Virus record (IMG/VR): IMGVR_UViG_3300035670_000087
Length of the DNA stretch: 64,000 nt
DNA from: a virus
Strand: one strand, 5' to 3'
Made by a program: the position numbers and the translations under genes. Positions 47,321 through 55,707 of the stretch are shown here, piece after piece (within the stretch, counting starts at the first letter, position 1; each line of letters starts with the position of its first letter). Below the pieces are notes generated by a model. That model was given only the letters and a program-made list of their open reading frames with translations, was not told the origin of the DNA and made no database searches.

Positions 47321-48880
47321 CTATAAAGGAACGCAAGATCCGCCAGAACATACTAAAATATCTAAAACTTGTCCACTACTATCTACTTCCATAATTCTGA
47401 AAGGACCCGTATTAGTATCTGTGCTAGTACTTGAGTATGCATAAAATCCTGAAGATGCTATGTCAACAAAGTCTCCTATAGATAATGAGTTGTAATCGTT
47501 ATCTGATCCTATTTGGGTATTTATCAGATAATTAGTGGCTCCGCAGAAAGTACTACAAACTCCCTGTGCTCCGGATATATAAATTGTTTGAGGGAACGCT
47601 GGGGTCGGCGTAGGAGTTGCTGTAGCAGTAGGGGTTGGGGTTGCTGTAGTACAAGAGGAGATCTGCGTTATTTCTCCAAATCCATCTATTTCTTGGTATC
47701 TATAGCAAGTTGTTCCATCACTATAATAGAAGTTGTAGAATACCTCATTTGTAAGAGAACTATCAAAGAATAATCTTGATCCTATAACCAATGGACTGTC
47801 TGCGCTATATATAGAAACAGGCTCCATGTATTCGCAAGCTACTGCACAAGTAGAAGCATAATCAAAGCTATAGGAAAAAGAGTTTACGGTAGGTGTAGGT
47901 GTTGGAGTTGCTGTTGCTGGTATAGGAGTTGGGCTAGGGGTAGCTGTAGCTGGTATAGGAGTTGGTGTAGGAGTTGCTGTTGCTGGTATAGGAGTTGGTG
48001 TAGGAGTTGGTGTAGGTGTTGATGTAGGTACAGGTGTAGCTGTAGCAGGTACAGGTGTGGCTGTAGGTGTTGATGTAGGTACAGGTGTAGCTGTAGCAGG
48101 TACAGGTGTTGGAGTTGCTGTTGCTGGTAACGGTGTTTCGGTAGGTGTTGATGTAGGTATCGGTGTTGCTGTAGCAGGTACAGGTGTTGGGCTAGGAGTA
48201 GCCGTAGGTACAGGTGTAGCTGTAGCTGGTATCGGGGTTGGAGTAGGGGTTGCTGTAGGTGCTTCAGTAGGTACTGGTGTAGCTGTAGCTGGCACAGGGG
48301 TTGGAGTTGGTGTAGCTGTAGGTACTGGTGTAGCTGTAGCAGGTTCAGGAGTTGGTGTAGGAGTTTCAGTAGGTGTAGGTGTTGCTGTAGCAGGTATAGG
48401 AGTTTCAGTAGGTGTAGGTGTAGGTGTAAATGTTGGGGCTCCTATAGGGGTAGCTGTAGGAGTAGCCGTTGCAGGTACAGGTTCTGTAGGAGTTGGGCTA
48501 GGGTCAGGAGTTGGTGTAGCAGGTTCAGGAGTTGGTGTAGGAGTTTCAGTAGGTGTAGCTGTTGGAGTAGCTGTAGCAGGTATAGGAGTTTCAGTAGGTG
48601 TTGGTGTAGAAGTAGGAGTAGAAGTAGGAGTAGCAGTAGGAGTAGGGGTAGCAGTAGGACAGTTTATTGGTATATCAACAAAACTTCCTGTACATAATCC
48701 TAAAGGTCTGACTTCTATACTAGTAGCAAAATCATCTATAGTAACGGTAACTCCTGCTAATAGCTCAATTCCTGTTGCTGTACTAGGAACTGCACTTCCT
48801 ATATTTGGAGACATAGTAAAAGTAGGTCCTGATGAGGAGCTTCCAGTTGAAGTCAATACTACTATTACTTGTTTCGCCAT
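47321..48880 (-). CDS. Mucin-like virion appendage protein, about 255-aa Pro/Thr/Ala tract (paralog A)
   Basis: N-terminal SGPTF...LLAGV..C domain, long [10 protein letters not shown] repeats, two small Cys-containing C-terminal domains. Confidence 0.7.
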   Translation of the reverse strand: MAKQVIVVLTSTGSSSSGPTFTMSPNIGSAVPSTATGIELLAGVTVTIDDFATSIEVRPLGLCTGSFVDIPINCPTATPTPTATPTSTPTSTPTPTETPIPATATPTATPTETPTPTPEPATPTPDPSPTPTEPVPATATPTATPIGAPTFTPTPTPTETPIPATATPTPTETPTPTPEPATATPVPTATPTPTPVPATATPVPTEAPTATPTPTPIPATATPVPTATPSPTPVPATATPIPTSTPTETPLPATATPTPVPATATPVPTSTPTATPVPATATPVPTSTPTPTPTPTPIPATATPTPTPIPATATPSPTPIPATATPTPTPTVNSFSYSFDYASTCAVACEYMEPVSIYSADSPLVIGSRLFFDSSLTNEVFYNFYYSDGTTCYRYQEIDGFGEITQISSCTTATPTPTATATPTPTPAFPQTIYISGAQGVCSTFCGATNYLINTQIGSDNDYNSLSIGDFVDIASSGFYAYSSTSTDTNTGPFRIMEVDSSGQVLDILVCSGGSCVPL

Positions 48881-48891
48881 TTTCTATTTTA

Positions 48892-48899
48892 TATAAATA
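48892..48899 (-). promoter_or_regulatory. TATTTATA putative late-promoter motif
   Basis: Intergenic upstream of the mucin-like gene. Confidence 0.6.
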
Positions 48900-48912
48900 C
48901 TACACAACTTTA

Positions 48913-51759
48913 TTATACCAATCCTATACTTCTTACATTGTAGTAACTATCGGCAACGGTTCTTACGTCATCGGCTGGATAATAGCTAGCTCCTCCATTA
49001 TAGGTCTGGAGTTCCCAATAAGCTTCCCACCCTTCAGTTACACCAGGTTCTACACCAGTAGAAGTTGCTATAGCTCTGTATATTCTAGATTTATGAGTTA
49101 CATACCAAGTATTGTCATAAGGAGCCAATATATCCCAGTACATAAACCTATGATGATCGAAGCCAGGGCCTATATAATAGTTCTCAAACTGTACATCTAT
49201 AACTGATGTTTGTACGTTGTTATAGTTAATTGTCCAGTCAGTTCCTCCTACAAATGTAGTTACATCTCCAGTGTTGTCAAAAATATTGTTTCTAAACAAT
49301 AATGGAGATGTTGGACTATTCTCCATTCCATTTTCTACAACATTTGTATTTGAATTTGGACTTAAGAAGAATCCAAATACGTTATTATTAATGTCTGTAG
49401 TAACAGGTGGATATGGTACATTGTAGCTTGGTCCTCTTAAGAATAAGCCCCTAGCCCCAGAGAACTGGTCTGTTCCTCTATTAGCAGGATCGTACATTCC
49501 TATGTATAATACAGCATTATTCTCACAAAGAGTTGTTCCTCCAGTAGGAGGATAATCAATAACATCCTCAAAGAAGTACTGTATGCCTGCGTACCCCATT
49601 GTTCCTACAAGCAGATTATTTCTGAAAGAAGTCCCTCCATCAGTTATTGCTAAGTTAACTCCTAGATCTTGACCTTCTTCATTATCTAAGCCTACACTTA
49701 CAATAGCATTATTATATATGTCAGATCCGGAAACCATTCTTTTAACCTGTACTCCATCATACCCACATCTAATAAATCTGTTATTATATATTTCTATGCC
49801 TTTATAAACTTCAAAAGTATCTACACCAGTAAAGTATCCCCAATAAAGACCTTCTCCGGATATATCATGGAAATAACAATCGTGTATTCTTATGTTTTCT
49901 ACAACTGCGTACCTGTTATCTATGCTTTGGTTGGTGTACCCACCGTTTCCGGATTCTATGTACTCTACTTCGTAATTTGTTGCATGGTATACAGTTGTTC
50001 CAATAGTAGCAGCGTCTATTTGAAGCAAGTTTCCTGTAGAATTTTGCCACCTATTGTTAATAAAGATACCATATTTACCTTGGCTCCATGCGTAACCAGT
50101 GTCATGTCCTTGGTAGCTTATGTCTCCTGTCTTATTAGCTGCATCGTACTTACCTGTTAACTTAAAGTAAGACATGCCCTCTATATGCAAAGTTCTTGTT
50201 TCTACTTGGCCGCAGAAGTTTGTTATTACAATAGGATCTTCTGCTGTACCAGCTGATGAGTTGGTTATTCTTATAAAATCATACCTAATTCCACCTCTAA
50301 TCAATATCTTATTCCCAGGACCTAAAGTAAAGCTAGTATCAGTTAAATTAATTGCAGGAAGTCCTGCACTAGTTTGAGTTCCTCCTAATACTATAAGATC
50401 TCCTACCGTTACATTAGGTATAGTGGCCGCATCTTCAGAAGTTGCGTATCTAAAGTTAGCACTGCTAGGAGAAGGTATAGAAGGACATCCTGCGCTAAGT
50501 GTCGGTGTAGGAGTAGGAGTTCCAGTTACAGTAGGAGTAGCTGATATTGTTGGAGTTGGTGTTGGTGTAGGGGTGGCTGTTGTTAAGCCTACGCAATAAG
50601 CTATACCAGTCAATGTACCACAGAAAAGAGTTGGTGTTGGTGTAGGGGTCGTTGTGGCTGTAGGTGTAGGTGTTGATGTAGGTGTTGCTGTAGGCAAAGG
50701 AGTTGCAGTTGCCGGAGGCATTACAAATGTAGGAGTTGCTGTAGGAGTAGAAGTAGGTGCTGCGGTAGGAGTGGCTGTGAAAGTAGGCGCAGGTGTTATA
50801 CTTGGTCCAGGTGTGGAAGTTGGTACAGGTGTTGGAGTAGGTGCCGGTGTTGTTACATCTTGTACAATTAGAACAAAACCACAAAGAGGCCTTTGTACAT
50901 TTACTGTTATTTTAGCAAAATTTGAAGGAAATGTACAAGAACTTGTTGTAGTTGTAGCTAAGAATTGATAAGAAGTTTCGTATGTTCCAGGGGTTGCTTG
51001 GGTAAATGATAAAGTACCGTTACCAACATTAGTAAAAAATGAAGAATCTCCCCCCGAAAGGACCAGAGATTCTGTAGCCAGTGTTAACCCTCTTAAATCA
51101 TCATTAGCTGTTGGATTTATGCTATACGGAACATCAGCTGGGCTTATAGTAAAAGTATCGTCTTTTGCATAAGGAGCTAAAATAAATATAGTTTGGTAGT
51201 CTTCATGAGATATAACTGCTACACCTTGTCCATAAAAAATATTACCAACAAGAGTATATGGATCTGTAGCTAGATCAAATATATTACCTTTTCCGTCATC
51301 TTGTAGATTATAAAGAGAAGTAGATATGTTAAAAGACAACTCTTTAATAGATTGTCCGTACACTTCTTTGGACACAGATAATACTTTTATTTCAGCTCCA
51401 GAAGCTGTTGGTAAAGTTTTAATCATGTAGCCTACAGGAATGTAGTCAAAATAAGATCCAGATGCTCTATAAATAGAAGCATCTTCGTAGTAATTTGATT
51501 CTAAATTAGATGTATTATCTAATAAAGACCCTGAAAAGTATTGATAATATAGATGGTTTATGGAATCGTATACAAACCTGTCGTATTCATTGTAAGTCTT
51601 TTCATCGTTACTATAGTCAAAAGTAGTATCGGTTTTTACTCCATTTAAAACTCTTATCCCATAAGAACTTAGATCACAAGAACTAATCGTCCACTCCTTA
51701 TTTGCAATATAAGGAATACTTACTACATCTGACTTATATAGACGTTTGTATGATGACAT
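48913..51759 (-). CDS. Baseplate-anchored spike: baseplate-type N-terminus, Ig-like domain, PT linker, parallel beta-helix, C-terminal CBM5/12-like module
   Basis: VGNIFYGQG; APYAKDD; RIHDCYFHDISGEGLY, IYNNRFIRCGYDGVQ, IYNNAI beta-helix rungs; WYVTHKSRIYRA...EPG...W..YW. Confidence 0.7.
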   Translation of the reverse strand: MSSYKRLYKSDVVSIPYIANKEWTISSCDLSSYGIRVLNGVKTDTTFDYSNDEKTYNEYDRFVYDSINHLYYQYFSGSLLDNTSNLESNYYEDASIYRASGSYFDYIPVGYMIKTLPTASGAEIKVLSVSKEVYGQSIKELSFNISTSLYNLQDDGKGNIFDLATDPYTLVGNIFYGQGVAVISHEDYQTIFILAPYAKDDTFTISPADVPYSINPTANDDLRGLTLATESLVLSGGDSSFFTNVGNGTLSFTQATPGTYETSYQFLATTTTSSCTFPSNFAKITVNVQRPLCGFVLIVQDVTTPAPTPTPVPTSTPGPSITPAPTFTATPTAAPTSTPTATPTFVMPPATATPLPTATPTSTPTPTATTTPTPTPTLFCGTLTGIAYCVGLTTATPTPTPTPTISATPTVTGTPTPTPTLSAGCPSIPSPSSANFRYATSEDAATIPNVTVGDLIVLGGTQTSAGLPAINLTDTSFTLGPGNKILIRGGIRYDFIRITNSSAGTAEDPIVITNFCGQVETRTLHIEGMSYFKLTGKYDAANKTGDISYQGHDTGYAWSQGKYGIFINNRWQNSTGNLLQIDAATIGTTVYHATNYEVEYIESGNGGYTNQSIDNRYAVVENIRIHDCYFHDISGEGLYWGYFTGVDTFEVYKGIEIYNNRFIRCGYDGVQVKRMVSGSDIYNNAIVSVGLDNEEGQDLGVNLAITDGGTSFRNNLLVGTMGYAGIQYFFEDVIDYPPTGGTTLCENNAVLYIGMYDPANRGTDQFSGARGLFLRGPSYNVPYPPVTTDINNNVFGFFLSPNSNTNVVENGMENSPTSPLLFRNNIFDNTGDVTTFVGGTDWTINYNNVQTSVIDVQFENYYIGPGFDHHRFMYWDILAPYDNTWYVTHKSRIYRAIATSTGVEPGVTEGWEAYWELQTYNGGASYYPADDVRTVADSYYNVRSIGLV

Positions 51760-51776
51760 ATTGAGTCATAGCAAAT

Positions 51777-52847
51777 TTAGAATTCTAATTTAACTCTACA
51801 AGTAATTTGCTTGGTAAAATCTTTTGGTAATGGTTTACTAAGCTTAGCGACCGCTAAAAGTTCATTAGAATCATTATATAATCCTATAGTAGTTGGAAAT
51901 ACCTGAGGATTATCTATTAGGGTTGCGTATAGTACATTGCCATTGTTATCTATTACAGATGGATTTGTAGTATAATTTAATTGAGAGCTTTTAGCATTTA
52001 CGAAAAAATATCTTGCTGATATTGTTTCTTGGCTATTTGCCTTAAAAGAAAGGCCTGCGCTTATTAATTTATACAACCTATCGTTGTTTATATTGTAAGC
52101 AGCTGAGTAGCTAGTTGCTGCCGTTTCGTCTACTGTCATTCCCACACCAAAATCTCCTGATGATAATGCTAGGGCTCTTGGATTCAATATGAAAACTCCC
52201 ATATCTGGAAAAAATAATCCGTAACTTCCGCTAGCTGTTTGTACTGCCGTAGCGTTGTAACTATTTCCATCAGATCCACTAACTATATAGTAAAATCTAT
52301 TTCCGTTTATAAAGTTAGTAGTAGAGGAGTCTTTACTATTATCTGTTAACTGGATTGTTGTTCCTCCGTTATTTAATATTAAATTCCAAGTACCGGTACT
52401 TATTTTTTCTTTATATCTAGACCTATTGACACTTATGGCAAATATGTCTCTAGAGTTACCTGCTGTAGTTACTGATATTGGGGCACAAGAAGACCCAACG
52501 TTAGCGCTACTCCCAAAATTAAACACAGCTGACTCATCTCCATACACTAAATTTCTATACTGTCCGTATATATCTCTAGTAGGAGATTTCTCATTAACTA
52601 AAGAATTAAACAAAGCGGATCCGCTTCCAGATACATGTCCATAGGCTACTGCATATTGAACCTCTGATCCGCTAGATCCTACAGCTAAGTTATATACATT
52701 CAAATAGTATTTACCGCTTGTCCCTGTTTGTTGAACGCTAGAAGTAAAAGCAGTTGTTAAATTGTATACATTATTAGTCCATAACCCAGCTGTTATGCTG
52801 TCTGAACTTACTACGCTATCATCTTCTTGAAATACTATATAAGACAT
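51777..52847 (-). CDS. Baseplate/tail-fibre attachment protein
   Basis: C-terminal TTIGLYNDSNELLAVAKLSKP resembles the EVGLY..G.L.AVA segment of P2 gpH-type N-domains. Confidence 0.65.
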   Translation of the reverse strand: MSYIVFQEDDSVVSSDSITAGLWTNNVYNLTTAFTSSVQQTGTSGKYYLNVYNLAVGSSGSEVQYAVAYGHVSGSGSALFNSLVNEKSPTRDIYGQYRNLVYGDESAVFNFGSSANVGSSCAPISVTTAGNSRDIFAISVNRSRYKEKISTGTWNLILNNGGTTIQLTDNSKDSSTTNFINGNRFYYIVSGSDGNSYNATAVQTASGSYGLFFPDMGVFILNPRALALSSGDFGVGMTVDETAATSYSAAYNINNDRLYKLISAGLSFKANSQETISARYFFVNAKSSQLNYTTNPSVIDNNGNVLYATLIDNPQVFPTTIGLYNDSNELLAVAKLSKPLPKDFTKQITCRVKLEF

Positions 52848-52849
52848 TT

Positions 52850-53509
52850 TTATTTGTTTTTAGTGACAGTTAAAGGGATTGATATTCTAGCTCCGGAGTC
52901 TCTACCAGTAACTGTTATAGTAGTGCTTAAACTAGTTGTAGAAGTTCCAAACAATGTGTCTATAGTTGTTCCAACTAAAGTAAAAGATGTTCCTATTGCT
53001 GTCTTGCTTATCTGTGTACCAGTGCTGCTATTTACATCAGACACCCCTAAATTTGAAGTATCTATTCCTATGCCTGTAAATGTTGATAGTAACCTAGCAT
53101 CTCCTACTGTCATTACGTATCCACTAGGCTCAAAAGTAGATGTGGCGCCAAGATAGTTTAAAGTCTGTGGAGTTATTACTATCGAAGCCGCTTGTTTTAA
53201 AGTTATAGAACTATTTCCTGTGCTTATTACTGGAAGCTTACTAGTGCCTCTAGGTAGCGTAACTAGTTTATACTTCATTATTTGTGTTTCATCAGGGAAA
53301 GCTTCTAATAGAGGCATATTTTCAATTGCTTCTCCGTAAAATGCAGATCCTGATGGGTGGTTTGGGTTGTACAAGGTATAATCTACCTCATCATCGGCCA
53401 AAGCAAATTGAGTTATTCTAAACGATCCATCATTTCTTGCTAGTAATTCCCTACCTTTTTTGGTAAGTATCGCATCTACAGTAACTACTATGTTATTTAA
53501 ATATCCCAT
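52850..53509 (-). CDS. Baseplate/tail-fibre attachment protein
   Basis: AILTKKGRELLA...ITQFALAD resembles the first strands of P2 gpH-type N-domains. Confidence 0.65.
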   Translation of the reverse strand: MGYLNNIVVTVDAILTKKGRELLARNDGSFRITQFALADDEVDYTLYNPNHPSGSAFYGEAIENMPLLEAFPDETQIMKYKLVTLPRGTSKLPVISTGNSSITLKQAASIVITPQTLNYLGATSTFEPSGYVMTVGDARLLSTFTGIGIDTSNLGVSDVNSSTGTQISKTAIGTSFTLVGTTIDTLFGTSTTSLSTTITVTGRDSGARISIPLTVTKNK

Positions 53510-53525
53510 TTTTTCTATTTGTATA

Positions 53526-53533
53526 TATAAATA
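53526..53533 (-). promoter_or_regulatory. TATTTATA putative late-promoter motif
   Basis: Intergenic upstream of ATG 53509. Confidence 0.6.
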
Positions 53534-53553
53534 TTATCTTTTGGTTTTTTAAA

Positions 53554-55707
53554 TTACCCTACTAAAAGAACTTTAGCAAGTATTGTGTCTTTAAGAGGAC
53601 CAGTTATGTTTCCAATATCTTTTCTCATACTGTCTTTTAGATTAAAAGGCAATAAATACGCATTCGATGTTTGTCCATCTTTTTTCCTAAAATTTATAAT
53701 GACACTTGTTTCATCTGGCGATTTTCTAAAAAAAGCAAAATATGATGTTGATATAGTTCCAGGTAGAAACTCTTTATTAAAAGTTATTTTTAAGGGGCTA
53801 ACAACAGACTCAACACCATTTATCAATACTATATCTGGTTCCATTACATCTATGATGTAAAAATATTCAGGATCTATTGAATAAAATGGAGTAAATCTAA
53901 CTACATCATATTCCTCAAATTTAAATATATTTTCTACAAAAGTGTATAAATTTCCAACAGACTGTGGGTTATCTAGGTTTTGAGGTTCAAATATAGATTT
54001 ATTGTATAGTAAAGAAGCTTCGGAGCTAAAAACTAAAGTCCTATTATCGGAGTCAAGAGTAAATAAAGGAATATCTGAAGTTAAAGTTTCGGTTTCCTGC
54101 AAAGTTATCTGTGAATTCACAGCATCATATACTTCAAAATATGTTTGAGAATTATCTCCTATTGGTATTTCAAAATATATATTTTCTGATCTTCTAAAGA
54201 AGGTAGTTACTTCTGCAAAGTAAAATTTAACTCTTATCTTGTCTCCTTGTTTTAAGGATACTTTATGATTCAAAAGTTGACATCTTATTTCAAAATAAGG
54301 GCTAACATATCTTGTTCCTACTGTTCCTCCTACTGTATCTTCTGGAAAATACAAAAAACTATTTGCTTCATCTACTAGCGCTCTTGTAGTTCCTGTAGCT
54401 TGTCTACCCCCTGTGGCTATTGGTATATTTGTTGCTTTTATTTTTGTATACCCAAAAGGTCTAATATTAGAAACGTCTGTGGTATCTAGATAGTCCCATG
54501 TAGATGTTCCAAATCTCTGCACTTCTAATACTCCTATAACTTTTACTATTGACGGACCTTTTTCTTGACCTCTCTCTCCTCCGGTCTCTCTATTAGTAGC
54601 TTTTATTTTAAATGGAACATCTATGTTTATAGCATAGGTAGATGATACAGGAGCTTCTACATATGTATACTGATTTGGAGGGCTAGTAACAGTATTTACT
54701 TTTCCTGTCATATTATTACTTAAATAACCTCCTTGAGCTGTATCTGTACCATTAGGAATAAACCAGTCTATTGTATAAAAAGAAGGATCATCATCGTCTG
54801 TGTCATGGGGTCCTATATTTCTATATTGATTTAAATAATCTTTGTACCTACCTACTTGATATGCAGATAAAGGCATTCTACCATATGGCCATGCAGTACT
54901 TAATGTTTTTGTAAAAGAAAATTGGTTTGTTGTAGGAGTTCCATCTACAGTTGATATTATGTTAATATTATTAGGAGGGCTCGTAAACTCTTGGTTTGAA
55001 TCTCCAACAGTTCTCCATAAATACCCACTTGTATTTACAATTCTAGTTCCTAATTTACTCTCTACACTTTCTTTTGGTTCTAAGTAAGTAAATACTAAAT
55101 TTTCGCTAGATTCTCGATATATTATGGGATTGTATGAAAACCCTCCTTCAAAAATTACTTTATCTCCATCTAAAGTATTTTGATTACTTGGATTATATTT
55201 ATCCATTAAGGAAACTGTAACAATATCTCCTTTTTTAAACATATTTTGAACTTCAAAAAGGTTTCTGTTAGAGTTATTCAACTCTACTAAAGATCCTGTT
55301 TCGTCTATTAAAAATCGAATGTTTATTATAGTCTTGTCATAAAAATTTAAACTAGTCTTTACTACGTTATTTGAGAATGCGAATTTTTCAACATTGTAAT
55401 CAACAGCAGCTGTTTTACCAAAAGAGGTATCTCCTGTCCAATTTATAACATCTATTCCATTTTTAAAAAGAACAGATTCTGATGTATATACATTATATTT
55501 TAAACTAGTTGTTTTAGATCCATTGTATCTAGGTCTGATATAAGATTGCTTATCATAGTTAGAATCTTGTAGTTCAACTAATTCTAAAATAGAACTATCA
55601 TATGGATTTATTTTTCTGTATATATTTGAATATATGCTTGATGATACATTGTTTAACAAAGTATTAAAATCACTATGCTCAAATATATTCAAATTTATAT
55701 CACTCAT
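53554..55707 (-). CDS. Large baseplate-region structural protein
   Basis: 717 aa, beta-rich, ATGA-coupled to the upstream wedge-like gene. Confidence 0.6.
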   Translation of the reverse strand: MSDINLNIFEHSDFNTLLNNVSSSIYSNIYRKINPYDSSILELVELQDSNYDKQSYIRPRYNGSKTTSLKYNVYTSESVLFKNGIDVINWTGDTSFGKTAAVDYNVEKFAFSNNVVKTSLNFYDKTIINIRFLIDETGSLVELNNSNRNLFEVQNMFKKGDIVTVSLMDKYNPSNQNTLDGDKVIFEGGFSYNPIIYRESSENLVFTYLEPKESVESKLGTRIVNTSGYLWRTVGDSNQEFTSPPNNINIISTVDGTPTTNQFSFTKTLSTAWPYGRMPLSAYQVGRYKDYLNQYRNIGPHDTDDDDPSFYTIDWFIPNGTDTAQGGYLSNNMTGKVNTVTSPPNQYTYVEAPVSSTYAINIDVPFKIKATNRETGGERGQEKGPSIVKVIGVLEVQRFGTSTWDYLDTTDVSNIRPFGYTKIKATNIPIATGGRQATGTTRALVDEANSFLYFPEDTVGGTVGTRYVSPYFEIRCQLLNHKVSLKQGDKIRVKFYFAEVTTFFRRSENIYFEIPIGDNSQTYFEVYDAVNSQITLQETETLTSDIPLFTLDSDNRTLVFSSEASLLYNKSIFEPQNLDNPQSVGNLYTFVENIFKFEEYDVVRFTPFYSIDPEYFYIIDVMEPDIVLINGVESVVSPLKITFNKEFLPGTISTSYFAFFRKSPDETSVIINFRKKDGQTSNAYLLPFNLKDSMRKDIGNITGPLKDTILAKVLLVG

